A stretch of 64,000 bases of DNA from Hydrolagus colliei (GCA_035084275.1 CM068744.1:50902001-50966000); one strand, 5' to 3'. Shown: positions 37,312-51,603, counted from the first letter of the stretch. Notes: generated by a model from the letters alone, not told the origin. Made by a program: numbers and translations.

Positions 37312-39235
37312 TATCACACAAACCAAATGTTGCTGAAATGCTATATGCTAACAGCAAGCTGCTTCTGCTACATCTCAGAAATTTCTGCCTTTCATTTCCA
37401 ATTGAGCATTTTTTTTAAAACAACATTTATAATGGAATTTTGATCCTTGCATTTGAATGCTGTCATTTCCACTGACCTTCATCAATCAGGTATCCGTAAG
37501 CATGACAATATAATACTATGCACAGTGGATTTGATTTGTTCACTGCTTTGTGGATGTCTCCCCTAAAGTGTGTAATATATCTGATGCTGATGGCTGATGT
37601 ACTGTATAGGTATTCATAATGCCATTTGTTTGGACATCCAGGTGTCTGAAACATGCAAAAACCCATCACCATGCTTAAGAATATCCAACCAAACTGGCAG
37701 GCTTTCCGCTCTATTAGGGCTTTGGCTTGCAGATTTACTGGAGCTGAGTGGAAAGAAATCCCTGCTTCCTCTGGCTGTTCCTGCCATGAGCTAGCCTGGC
37801 AGGTCTGTTACCGGCAGTGCCCTAGAGCACTGTGGACTTGCCTGGATCAGACCAAAGAGGTTCAGCCAAAGAGGGTTGGCTCGATTTTCCCGTATTCTAT
37901 TGCCAAGCATATGACCTTGGAGCCAGATCAGCTGCAAGGGGACCATGCTTAAATCCCCCCCATGGAGGATAGTCAAAATGGCACAGAGATCGAAAGCTCT
38001 CCAAAGCAGCTTATTATCTCATGTATCCTAAATTCACTTTACAGTATATTCTGTGAAGCGCTTCGAGATGTCTAGAGGACATGGAGAGCACTATATCAAA
38101 TGCAAGGATTAAAAAAAAAAATTCATATCTTGCACCGAATGATGTACAAGCCAGGAACATACCTCACTTGTTGCCCTGATCTTGCTTTTGCTGTTCCGTC
38201 AGTATTTTTCATAAGAAAAACATAAAACATGGAGGCCATGAGTGGAGGCCATAAATCCACTTCAAGCAAACCTCTCCTCAATTCATGCACAATACAAAAC
38301 CTATCTCACCATGGACCGAGAGTCTGCAGTGCTCCAGATCACTGCTGATGACAGATCAGCCAGCATGGCGTGGTTTGGAGTAGCAATTTCCCTCCTTTTC
38401 ACCATTCCCTCAGCTTTTACACAACATTCCCCCACCCACCCCACTCATTATACAGATTTGGATCATGCCCTCACCTTCTTATCACTTTTTTCTCAGGAAG
38501 CTCAACTCTTTGAGCCTCTTAGAATTTAGAGCTTGTGGTCCCAGATTTGATCTTCTTCTCCAATATCCTTGTGAAAATTGGGTGACCATAATTGTATGCA
38601 AATATTCTAAATAATGACCTCACCAGTAATCTTCACAAATATATCATAACTTATTTCAATTTGCAGTCGATGCCCTCAAGATCAAGCTCATTTGATTAGC
38701 TTTCTTGACAGCCACTTCACATTGTTTGGGAACCATCAATGAATGATCAGCAATCATACTCAAAAACTCCTTCTCTAATGAATACCTTACATTTTGTACC
38801 ATATTTAATTTGTTTCCAGTGGACATGTCCGTACATTGAAACTGGGTTTGTAGTGAAGACTGCTACAAATTATTAATGAAAAGAATAGAATGCTCTATTA
38901 AAGTGATTTGTGTTCCATCGTGAATTTATAATTGGATGGATGTGTGAAAAAAGCTTTTGCTTTGACTATGCTCTTTAATGGTCCTTCTATTCATAATCTG
39001 GCCTTTTCTTTCAACAAATCGTTTTAATGATCTCATGTTTCCTTGTGGGGATGCTGAATGAACATGACTGTGGTAATTGTTTATTGAACTTAAAGAGTAG
39101 TAGTGTTTGAGACAGCTTTATACTAGACTATAATTCACTGGATTCTTAAGATAAATGTTATTTTGATGCTTAAAATATGTTAGAGCCATCCTTATCTGAT
39201 ACCAACTGTCAAGGCCAGTGGTTAACATTAATATA

Positions 39236-39696
39236 CAAGCTGACCTCAGTGTAACGAACACCCTGAGGATTTAGAAAAAAAGTTATATTTGGGTGTTCTC
39301 TATAAACATTTCAATACTGAAATGGCTGAACATTTGACTACTGAAGAGGAAGAGGAGCATGTGTACAGGATGAGGGGAGCAGGCTGTGCTCACTCCAGCC
39401 TGACTCCAGCTCTGCGAGATCTACCTTCAAATCCCATCTCTGCCAGGAAGCGCATTAATACAAATACCGGTAAATTTGCTGCCAAGTAGCCCTGTGAATG
39501 GCAGCTGAGTGCTCCTATAATTGGTTGCTGAGCACCCCTGCCATTTTGACTTGACTGCAGTTCACTATATCGGAGGCTGTACTGAATAATCTTGTATCAG
39601 GGTAAGAAGTATAAGGGAAAAAACAGGTTTCAATGTCGAGTTTGCTATAACGGACGGATCATAATAACTAGGCGTCATTATACAAAGGTCAGCCTG
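39236..39696. mobile_element. Old Tigger-like MITE
   Basis: ta|caagctgacctcagtgtaacg ... cattatacaaaggtcagcctg|ta: degenerate TIRs with TA on both sides. Confidence 0.6.
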
Positions 39697-39739
39697 TATA
39701 ATATAATACTGTAACCAATTGCTGTTACAATTCCCTCAG

Positions 39740-40158
39740 TTTCATGCGGTGTTCCCCGGAGCTCTGTCCTTGGCACTCTCTTTTTCAACATCTATATGTT
39801 CCCTCTTAGTGACATCATCCGCAGACATGGTGTCAATTTCCACATGTATGCAGATGGCACCCACTATCTCTCTGCCTCCATCCTTGACTTCACGACTATT
39901 CCTATCCTGACAGACTGCCTGTCAGACATCAAGTTCTGGATGAAAGCTAACTTTCTATTGTTGAATGATAATTGGCTCCCATCAGCACCTCCACACCTCA
40001 GGCACTGGCAACCTCAACCTCCAAGGATGGACACTCTACCTCACTAAGCCTGTCTTGGCTGCTGAGGCCAACAGTCGGATTCAAAATTCCAGGTTCGCCA
40101 ATGGGAACTCCATACTTGTCAGCCTACCCAACTCCTCCCTCCAGAGGCTGTAGGTCAT
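39740..40158 (+). mobile_element. Older L2 RT fragment with internal deletions
   Basis: [18 protein letters not shown] and DCLSDIKFWMKANFL. Confidence 0.85.
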
Positions 40159-41438
40159 CAACAACAACAACTTAAACTTATAAACTTAAACTTATAAAGC
40201 GCCTTTCACGTCGGGAGGACGTCCAAAGGCGCTGCACAGGAGGCGTGTGACCCGAGCTGGGAGGGGAGTGTTCGAGAAGGGGTGAAACACGTAGGGAAGG
40301 TCGAAAAATTCAGGGGGGGGGAACAAAAGGCACGGTCGAAGAGGAAAGTCTTCAAACCGGCCTTGAAAGAGGAAAGGGAAGAAACAAGGCGGAGGGATTG
40401 GGGGATGGAATTCCACAGGGTGGGAGTGGAGAAGCTGAAAGCCCGGCCTCCGATGGTGGGGCGGTTCGGGCGGGGGGCTTGGAGCAGGCCAAGACCTGCT
40501 GAACAGAGGGTCCGGGTGGGCTTGTAGGGGGAAAGTAAATCGGTTAAGTAGGGCGGGGCAAGGCCGTGTAAGGCCTTGAAGGTGAGGACGAGGATCTTGA
40601 ACTTGATCCTCTGGAGGATGGGGAGCCAGTGGAGACGGGCGAGGGTGGGGGTTATATGGTCGCGGAGGCGGGTGCGGGATAGTACACGGGCTGCAGAGTT
40701 TTGGATGACCTGCAGCCTGTGAATGGAGGAACTGGGGAGGCCGACGAGGAGAGAGTTTCCATAGTCCAGCCGTGAGGTGATGTATGCGTGCACGAGTGTT
40801 TCGGCAGCGTGGGGGGTGAGGAAGTTGTGGAGCCTGGCAATGTTGCGCAGGTGGAAATAAGCGGTGCCGGTCAAGGCACGGATGTGGGGGAGGAAGGAGA
40901 GTTTACGGTCGAACGTGAAGCCGAGGTTCCTGACTGGCTTTGTGGGGTGGAGAGTACAGCCTTGGATGTTGAGGCTGGCAGCGCCCTATGTGCGGAGGCG
41001 CTGGCTTGAGCCAATCAGGAGGGCCTCGGTCTTACTCACGTTCAATTGGAGGAAGTTGTCCCTCGTCCAGGACTCAATGTCGGACAGACATGCTGTCAGA
41101 ACATCGATGGTCTGGGGGTTGAGGGATGAGGCAGAAAGGTACAGCTGGGTGTCGTCCGCATACATGTGGAAATTTACCCCATGTTTGCAGATGACATCGC
41201 CCAGTGGAGCGTGTAAATGGTGAAAAGGAGGGGGCCGAGGACGGAGCCCTGGGGGACGCCGTGAGAAACAGTGCGGCGGTTTGAGGAGAAACCGTTGGAA
41301 GATACGAAATGTAGGCGGTGGGTCAGGTAGGAATGGAACCAGTCAAGGACTGTGCCTTGAAGCTGGAGGTGGGAGGAAAGACGTTGGAGGAGGATGGTGT
41401 GATCGACTGTGTCGAACGCAGCAGACAGGTCAAGGAGT
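40159..41438 (-). mobile_element. L2 LINE, young, same subfamily as 18229-19861, antisense
   Basis: [13 protein letters not shown] through KAGLKTFLFDRAF, with nucleotide sequence almost matching the + copy and a (CAA)n tail at 40159-40171. Confidence 0.95.
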
Positions 41439-42959
41439 ATCAAGTATTCTGCAGCCTGTGTCCTCTCCCTCACCGGGCTCTGCGACCTTATCACATTCAT
41501 CCTCAACACTATCATTAAGTTGGTATTTGCTACTAATTAATACGTTATTTAACCCAATCTGATATGATAGGAAAGTTGTACATTGAATCCTAGAAATATA
41601 ACTGTAGAACTCATTCATCATACGATCTTGGGAAAGGATTCCAAGGATGATTGGCGGAGCAAGTCAGTACTATCTATCATCAAAACAATCAATCTCAATT
41701 CCCAAATGAAACTGGAATAGCAATAACTGTCCTTAAATTAACATAGCGTAGCAGTAAGACTCAATTTAAAGCTGATAGTAGTTCAGAAGTAACAGTAAAC
41801 AGTAAACTTTACACCATAGTAGCAAACTAAATTTGACAGTTTAAGTAATGCCATTATCACATTGATACAAATAATCAGTGGTTATTTGCAACATTTGAAT
41901 CCTGTACTCGAAAATAACCAGATACCTATTGAAGAGTATAAGAAAGTACGGAACAAGAAAAGGTGACTTAGCCCATGTTCCCTAATTTAGCTTCACGTTT
42001 TCATCTCTATCTGCTGCAGGTAAGTTCCTGGGCAAAGAGTACATTCAAGAAAAAAAAAATTCCACTCAAAGATGTACTCGTCAAGTTGATGTACATGTAA
42101 ACGTGGTGTTGGGACTATTTATGTGTCAAACACCTGGCTAACCTATAAAAGTTATATTGTACTTTGAAACTATCTGACACCCAATGATAACCATTCAGAA
42201 AATTAAAAATATTTATTCTTCGATTCCTAGCCAAATACTTTTCCTTTTTATAAAGAGTTAATGCAGCGTTAATTAGCAGACTGTTACTCATACTCCTAAC
42301 CTCTGGTCCTCATAGAAGCATTTTAATTTAAAATCTATGGTCTTTCTCTAATGGGCTAAGACAAAAAAAACCTGCTTCCATCTAATCCTATTTGCCTCTT
42401 GTATCCTGTTCAATTTTTTTTCCCAATGAAAGCTATTCAGCCCTATAAGCATTTAATAATAATACTACTACTAATAATAATCTTTGCAATTGATGTAGCA
42501 CGAGGCATAAGCCCCAGATTCAACCATATTCTTCTTTGAAATGAATGAAATTTTGTTTTGCAAAATTTGGAAACATTTTAAAAAGATGAAATATAAAAGA
42601 AAGTAGTTAACTAAACATTTAGAAAGTAAATGGAAAGTAGAATTCACAGGAAATGTCCAAATATGGTAAATGAGAACAAAGGTTAAAAAGAGCCATTTTT
42701 CTTTTAGAAAGCTAAAAGCACATGAAAAGAGCAAGATAGACTAATGTAAAATTAAGCAGAAAGAAATATTACATGACAAAGGAGACTGAGAAAAGGAAAT
42801 AAAGAAATTAAGTTAAGGCAACAAAGAAAATAAAGAAAAGGAAAATAATTTATTTTTCTGGTTTCTTGGTTTATGTGAAATTGCCCTGCTTCTACACTCG
42901 ATGATCTCAATCCTTTTCAGCAGAAGGTTTCTTAACAAAAGGTTTCATATTAAATTATA

Positions 42960-43108
42960 AGAATAAATTGGTCATTTGAATCCACGACTGTTTGCGGGAC
43001 ACTGCTGTGTGCAATTGATTGCCGTGTTTCACCCACAACTATACAGTCAATTCAATTTAAACTGTAGAAGGCGTGAAAAGCACTATATCAAATGCAAGGA
43101 TTATTGTT
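42960..43108 (+). mobile_element. SINE family A fragment
   Basis: aatccacgactgtttgcgggacactgctgtg...tatatcaaatgcaaggattatt. Confidence 0.8.
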
Positions 43109-46100
43109 ACAAAACTGAAGTGAAAGTACACCATGCAATTGCTGATATGATGAGGTATAAACCAACCATATTTTCAAAAAACACTGTACATTTACAATGA
43201 AGCAGCAAATTTGAACAGGTTATTGCATTCTACAAATTTTATTCATCATCCTGATACGCCTTTGATGTTATTCATCCATTGGTCATCACCCTGACAATCT
43301 TATCGGCAGTTTGTTCATTCTAGTCTGCTGCTAGCCTCAATGTAAATGAAGGGAGAAAAGACACTATATTATTATACAATGATAGCTAGCCTGGAAGTGA
43401 ATGAGTCTGAGATGGAAATCCCTAATTATTTTCATCTTGTATTGTCTGTGGAGCATATATTTGCCTAAAGCTAAATCGAACCCCATATTAAACTCCCCAT
43501 CTTGTTTATGAGGTATAGCTTTAATTTTCTCTTTAATTTTACAAAGTGCCAACTCCTGGTGAAATACAATTCCACAACCTTCAATAACTTGCTCATTTGG
43601 CAATTTTTTCATGTGTGAGCACAGACAGCGAGCATTGACGAGCTATTTGGCCATTGAGGAACAGATCCACAGCTGAGTCTTCATTTTGTTAGTGTTTGCA
43701 TTTTGTGGGCTTTTTCTTTTATTCCCGTTCCAGCAGTAGTCAATGGCAGGATTTGAAATCCTGACTGTTGATTTTTAATAAATTTATCTTCCTGTTGAGG
43801 GTCATTGAAACCAATTATACAACACCAACAACTTTATATAGCTCCCTTCACCCTGGACGGAGTCTTAGAGCACTTAAATACACTTTGCTGTTCTTGCTAA
43901 AATCAGTTAACTGAGGCCAAAGTATAGATGAAGCCTGTGGAATTCCTTGTGTATTTCCATAGCAATACAACAACAACAACTTCAATTTATATAGCGCCCT
44001 CCACGCCGGACGGCATCTCAGAGCGCTTCAAGTACTGCACTAGACCATCATTAACTTGGCAGAGACAAGTGATACATGTTATTTTTGCCATGGTGATATT
44101 TCTCATCAGTAAATTTGCCATAATTAGAAGCATTTGCCAAAAGAAAGATTTGGTCGAAATAATAATGCCAGTTTCACAGGGAAGTGAGAATGGGTGTGGT
44201 GCACTCATGCTGCTCAGTATGTTGCAGGCACCAATCTGGAACAAAAAATCTTTGTTTTTGATATAGCACCTTATCACATAGTTGAAATATCTCAAACAAG
44301 TCATCCCAATTGCTGTAAAATGTAGTGACTGTGTATTTGTATGTGGACATCACAGCCATACTAATATCTCCCAAACAGACATGATGTGAATGATCAATTT
44401 TATCTGAGAGATTGTTGGCCTTGATACCGGGAAAAACTGGCAATACATCTGGAATTTTTGACTCATCTCTGGTTTGCTTACAATCTCCATTTCTAAAGCT
44501 ATTTTGGTTGATTTTTAATTTACTGTTATGTCTGAGTTTTATACTCTTCACATGAATTTAAATGCCTTTTCCAACTGAGGCATAACCTCAGGCAATTTGC
44601 TCTCTTTCAGCATCAGAAGACCAATTAAAATTATACAAATGCATCCTAAAACTGCAGCGGTTCAACAACTTCAGCTGTGCACGAATCACCATATCTGCAC
44701 TTAATTAAATTGCAGCAAATTTTAGAAGGAGCCTATCAAACGGATTTAAGTGCCACAAGTCCTTCTCCCTCCCCACTTCTTCTAACTTTGTTCCCTGTTC
44801 AGTGAGAATTTTACCTAAAGTTAACCCTGTTGTACAGGATTGAATCACTTTTTATATTTACAATAGGTATCAATTTTTTCTTTGATTTTCTCATCCTTGT
44901 CCAAACATACACTGTTTCCGGGTGTTTAAAGTACAGTTGGCAATATCAGAACTAAAATTGCTTATCAATACTGAATTTGAATTTAGTGCTATACATGATA
45001 TTATTTGTAACATTTTAACAAGTTATTGTTGACATTTTCCACCTTCAATATATGAATCGGATTGTTTATGTTCTATTTGGCGAGATCTTGCTGTGTTCAA
45101 ACTGGCACTAGACTTGATGGGAATGAATTTAAAATGCTTTCAGATGTTTTGATTTGATAAGATTTGGGACTATTCAACTAGGATTAGAAACAATTAAGAT
45201 ACAACTCGTGTTTCGTTTGTTGGTCGTAATGCATGTCACAAAGTGAAATCATTTTTTTTAACAAAAACATAGTTTTAAGCATAGTATGATTTGATCAAGC
45301 AAGAGAGTTCGAAAGTCTTTGTTAGAATGTGCTTTTTTTTAAATTAAATCGTTGTCACCCTGGTAGCAGGATGTGTTCTTGTAGCAGGATGTGTTCCATC
45401 ACCATGCCTGTGCTGTTGTGTGACACCTGTATTGATCTGTGGCCTGCGTCTCATCATTCATGCTTCTGTGGCTTATTAGCAAGTAAACATCCCCCATCCA
45501 CTATACAGAGACCATTAAAATGACAATCCTCTCTTCAGCATGTGCTCATTATGCTCCACAGTGCCTACAGCAACAATGACAACTGGAGTCTTAGCTCCAC
45601 AGGATCAGAAAGATAACCTTTAAAATGATACGTGCATTGATATTGATTGACAGTTTTTTCCCCCAGTCCCCTTAAAATTCTTCCTTTGTGAATATAAGCT
45701 TTTGTGTAGTAGAACCATACGTTAATATATGGACTGTAAAATATAGTTCGTTGTATCAAGTGCAGCATTAGTTGTGGGACAGAATTCTGTTGTATGTTTA
45801 TTTTCTAGGTTTAAATCCCACGTTATTGGCCCTTTTTATCGAGATTGCCCTGGGATGAACTTTTCAACTGCTTCTGTGTGTACCAAATAAGCAGTGCTGC
45901 TGACATGTTCAGCATATTGCATTGTGTATTTGTTGTCTTGCTTCCAACTCTGTCACATCCTGAAAAACGTATAGCTGATGTATGTTATGCCTTTCACGGA
46001 GATGGGAGCACATTTGAGCAATGTTATAAGTTTCTATAGGCAATGGATCAGGAAAAACAGTGGGCATTCAGGATTGAAAAGATAGGGGAGGAAATAGTGC

Positions 46101-47778
46101 AAACATGACCAAACCATGGCCCCTGGGCTGCAAGTGGCCTGCATGACCATCAAGAAGTGGCCCCACGAACATTCACACTAATCCAAGTGAGTCTATTCCA
46201 AATCAATGCCTTGTTTCTGATAGCTACCGAATTATAATCCTCATGGCGTCAAGAAAAATAATTAGGTTGGCTGACAAAAACGTTTGATCATCACTGGGCT
46301 AGTGGAAACAAACATCAGTAAGAAAGGAAAGCACCTTACCTTATCCTTCATCTCACCGCTGTCCCCAAAGGGGGAAAAGAAACTGGATTGGGTTCAGCAT
46401 ATCTACTTTAATACTGCTGAGTTCAGCAGATTCCCCCTCCAATCACATACTCACAGTGGCTCCCAATCTCTGCACCTGCTCTCTAGCTTTTCCTGCATCA
46501 CCTGATGCTATAGCTCAGCTTTGCTTTGACTGGACAAGTAACACTGTAGGGGGGTGTGTTTGTTCTTACATCTGTAGCAAACGAGACATTATCCCTGCCC
46601 TGATAACACTTCTTCTCACTGAAAGCATTAATGTGTTAGGGAGCAGATGTCATGCAGATGAAAAGATTGGGAGTGTTGATGATTTGGAGTGGATAATGAG
46701 CAGAAAAACAGGGAGCAGTGGAAATGTGAGAGTTTTCAAATGGTAATAGTGAAGATTATAAGGGAGGTGGTGGCCATTGTTCAGTTCCACAGCTGTACAG
46801 GCAGATGCTTGAAAGCTGGTCAGATCCTGATTTCTTAACCGGAGTGAGGCTCATGGCCGAAGGAGAGCGAAGTGGTCACAAAAACATTGGCAGTAATAGA
46901 CATTAAAGACTTATTATTCTTCAGTTGCTATTCTTCAACTCCTTCTCCCAATTATGTCTACATCTATATCTACACATTTGCAGAAAAATTGTCAAATAGT
47001 CTCTTTCAAAGTTAATCAGCTAATTTCCTTACATGTACAGCATTCCCTTTTTAAGATATAATAAAAGTGCTTTTATTTTTATATTTTTCTTACAAATTTG
47101 TAATACATGAAGTATAATTATCAGATGAAAGTTTGAAGATACCTGATGTTTTGGCAGTTTATTTTAATTGTGTGAAAGGCATTGAATATAAATGCAAGTT
47201 GTTGTTGTATGTTAAAATGCATCTTCATGGCAATCGTAATTTGGTTGATTCTGTGAACTAATGAAGTCTACAAAAAAATAGGATCTATTTAAGTTTATGA
47301 AGTCAAAGATAGAAAAATTGTGCCTACAGGTATTTCAGAATTCAGCCCAGTTCTTTAGCCTTGGTCCACGACAAATTAATATATACTTAGCAAATTATAC
47401 AACATACATGGATGGGGATGTTATGAAGCACTATTGTATGAAAATATACGCACAACATTAATCATCAGTTGTCCTTGTCTACCCACGTCTTGTTCCTGGC
47501 ATTAAAATAAAACTGCCTTTTGCAGATGATGGATATCATCATTAAATCAAGTAATAATTACGGCTGCTTCCTTTTCAGTTCTAATTGTTAATAAAGACTT
47601 TCTTTTTCCCCAAATACTGCATGCAAATTTAGTTTTCAGAGCTTTTTGTGCATTAATAAGAGTTGGAGATGACAAGCTATTAATGCAATACATCTCAGGT
47701 GCATGGCAATTGTTTCCCAAGTCATCTAATTTTAAAGAGCTCATCCATGTAGTCTTTCTGCCATACTGCAGTGGAAAT

Positions 47779-48090
47779 AAACAACAACAAAATTACACTT
47801 GTATAGTGCCTTTCATGTCAGGAGGGCATCCCAAGGCGCTGGACAGTCATTGTTTCAGACTCGAGCTGGGGTCAGGGACAGGGAGGCTGGAGGGAAAGGG
47901 GGTGGATTTGAGGTGATGAATGGGATTATCGAAGAGGAAAGTCTTGAGGCGGGACTTGAAGGAGGTTAGGGAGGGGGTGAGGTGGAGGAACTGCAGGATG
48001 GAGTTCCAGTGGTTGGGGGCAGAGTGGCTGAAGGCTTGGCCGCCAATGGTGGGACGGGAGACGTAGAACAGACCGGAGCCTGCTGAGCTG
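47779..48090 (-). mobile_element. L2 3' fragment
   Basis: caacaacaaaattacacttgtatagtgcctttca...tcgaagaggaaagtcttga...gatggagttcca. Confidence 0.8.
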
Positions 48091-49248
48091 TGGGGAAATA
48101 AAGTAAAGATATGTAGACATTCCTGAGTACCTCAGCTTCTTTTTATGACATATGACTGATCAATCTTTTTTTAATATTATAAACACGCTATATTTGTTGA
48201 CAATTTGTGAATCAAAAATATGTACATTATGGCAAAGTGAAGTACAAAGAAAGGTGGGCAAAGAAAGGTAATTGTCTTTCTAGATTAATAAGCAGTCCAG
48301 GGTGCCCAAATGGTGTGACTGTTTCACATTTCACATCAGTTTTATATTGGGACATCCTCCTGACGCGAAAGGCGCTCTACAAGTGTAATTTTGTTGTTGT
48401 TGTTAATCGTAGTAAAAAAGTGATACAAATTGTGAATACTTGTGGTCCATTGTTCTGCATGAGCTTGCCAAAGCAGGTAATGTGGCAGGTTTAGAGAGGT
48501 CAAAGCTGATATTTCTGGAGCTCAAATAACTACAAAATTCCTTTTCAGCCATTAGCTCCCATTTAATATCCACAAAATAGAAGTGGCCACCTAACTGTGT
48601 GTGAAGTTGGGAATGTAGCAGTTGACGTCTTTTACATTTTGTTTATAAGAGTTGTTCTCCATCTCCTGGGACTTGACTGGTGCCAAGTTGACATACTTGC
48701 AATGGAATATTGGAATCAAGTCAACCCTCTGTTGTCAGATTCCTGAGTCAGGTAGATCCATAGTAATTTAATAACAGCTAATATGCTAATTCCCAAGTTA
48801 TGCTAATAACAGCCAAGCCACCTTGATTCATCGATGGGATTTGGAAAGGCAGACCAGTCATTGGTGACAGAGATTCTTTCCACACTGTTCCAGTTTCCTC
48901 ACAGTTCCAGAGGATGGGGCAGGAAAACTGAAGACCCCAACCACATTGGTGGGTCAGGCTAGGCGGGGGACATGAAGCAGGGCAGTGCCTGCCAAGTGGA
49001 GGGAGTGGATAGGTTAGTGTGGTTATACATACACTTTCATTCATTTTCTCTTTTGTTAATTTCTTCAAAATTCTGTTTGTTTGGTCCTTCTGATATCTGC
49101 CCTGTAAGCGTTTTGGGTGGAGACAACCAATACGGTGGTGTAATAATCGAAAATACGAACAGTTTAACTTATTCTTAAAACTGAGACCACACATACAGTA
49201 GAATCGATATCGATTCCACTGGGAAGTGTGCTACGACAACTCCAACTA

Positions 49249-49461
49249 CAGTAAAAGTCAGTTTATCCGGCAACCTCGGGACCTGGACAATGCCGGTTAA
49301 AGAGCCTGTCAAATATTCGGCCAAAAATGCAAAAAAAAACATGTTTTTTTTCAATGCATTTTTCTGGATAAATTCTAGTTAATCAAATGCAAATTTCTTT
49401 TGCGATGCCGGTTATACGGAAGTTATGGTTGATCGGGTGCCGAAAAAACAGATTTTTGTTG
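49249..49461 (-). mobile_element. pogo/Tigger-type MITE, inverted homolog of 6773-6971
   Basis: ta|cagtaaaagtcagtttatccgg...gatcgggtgccgaaaaaacagatttttgttg|ta. Confidence 0.85.
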
Positions 49462-51603
49462 TAGTTCAAAGTTACATCTTTTATGTGTTTCTAATCCCCT
49501 TGTCACAGAGATAGACCCCACCCTTCACAGACTGCTTTGCAGAGAGAGATATGGACAACTTCTAGGCAGCCTTCCACAGCCTACTTGTTTCTCAGCCTAG
49601 GCAGGTGTCTGAGGTTACATTCTAAACGTACATGTATAAAGATTAATTTAAAGGCTTGACAGCATTAAACATCAGAAATGTAATCTTATATTCCCCACTT
49701 TGAGAGTAAGAAAATAAGATTTTTGATCTCCCATTTTTCTATTGTTTATTAAGCTAGTTAACTGTAAATGGTCAGATTGGAACTGAATAGTCCTTAACAG
49801 GGAGCACAAATAATATAAAGACACAATCAACGTAAATAAATTAATGGTTTGCATAATCACAAAAGCATAAGACATGAATATTAAAGTTGAGTGCAATTAA
49901 TGAAGCAAATTGGTAAAGAGGCTGTGACTAGGAATTGACTTGTTAACACGGTCTGATCAATGTCGATTGTAGAATATCTCACATAAAGTCACTTTACGTG
50001 ACTAAAGTTTGACCTCTTTAGTCACGTATGCCAAGTCTTCAGTGTGATATTCAACAGCTTACCATCATCTATTTGCTATTGGGGATTCTTAAAAATAAAT
50101 CAAAATGTTCAAAGCAAACTATGTATCTAGAATATGTAATATTTATTTTCTTTTTGCATTGCCCGAAAATCTGCATTGCATTGTTTTTAATCAGACTTGA
50201 AAAGAATGTAAAATAATAATCCTTGCATTTCGTAAAGCCTCGCCTTTCATGTTGGGAGGACATCTCCAATGTACTTCACAGGATTTTTTTTTACTGTGGA
50301 ACAGTGTGATAGTGTATTTTGTAGGCAAACATGGCAGCCAATTTGCAACCAGCAAATGGCATAACAGAAATGCTCAAACGCTTTCTAGCAACCTTTGAAT
50401 TTTGTTTAAATGCAGTGTGCTTTATCACTGCAATGTTGTTAAGCAACCAGCGGTATGTGATAACATATTTTTAAATTAAGAAAGAGAGTTGAAAGGATCA
50501 CGGCCCATTGTGAAGAATTAACAAAAATAGTTAAGTTGAGGAAAGATGGGGAAGTGATGCCCAGCTTTGGCTTTAAAAGCATATAGCTTGTACTGTAGTA
50601 TGAAGGGAAGGCTGAATTTATTACATTACCATAGTTCAGTGCCAGGTCATTGAAAACTCACAGAATGTTAATTAGGTATCTAATTATTCCAATTATGTTT
50701 CACTTATTATAGTGTACTTTAAAAAACAGTAAAGTATTGTGTGGGCATTCTGAATCTTACTGTGACTAGTTTTCTTTGTGTGGGTCTTTTGTCCATTAAA
50801 TACTCTCCAAAGAGGAGTGATAAATGGCTGCCAGTCAAGACTGCTTAAGCTTTATGGTGGGAAAGGTCTGGGGTCAGAAAGGGTTCAATTGATTTTCTTT
50901 TAAAAGACAATGCATGCTGGATGAAAAGTGGGATAGATTGAAATTGGAACTGAGGAAACAATGAAAAAGAAGGAAGATAGTTTCTTAAAGTCATAATTTG
51001 TTATAATCTCACCAGTTATATAACCAAAGAGATATCCATTTATTGTTTAACATATTTTATTTCTTGTCAGATTGTAGAAAGAGCTTGCATTTTTATTGTA
51101 CATAATTATGTCAAAACATCTTCACAGGTAATCACCATCAAGCGTTGTGATCGGTTTGTAGGCACGTACAGGAGCCAACTGTCATAACAGAAATGTATGA
51201 TGAGGTATTTCAGAATTGTGCCTTGCTCTTTAACAACAACTTGCATTTATGTAATGGCTTTCACCCAAATAGAGTCTCGGAGCTCACTTAACAGTGGTAT
51301 GGTTTGGTGCCAAGCAGGAAAGAGAGGGGAGATGGATTGATGGCACTGTGGAGGAGCAAATGTTTCAGATGTGATTTGAAGAGTGGCAAAGAGGGGACAA
51401 GACAGCGATTGAAGCAGGCAGTTCTAGAGACTCTTAGCACAGTGGCCTAGTTTCATTGCAAGTACCTTGGGAGCTCCCACTACTGTCATTGCTGGCAGAC
51501 AGAAGATCAATTTTAAGATTTGCCAGCTGCTTTATTTGGCTTGTCCAAACAGTGCAGTGGCTCTTCTCTGTCTTTCTCCCCCCTCCCCCCACAGGAGTGC
51601 ACT

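Noticed and set aside
37560-37950. Possible Harbinger transposase remnant on the - strand (ALIER..LK..FRHLD-like words)
   Set aside because: It needs several frame changes and the similarity is too weak to support by eye.
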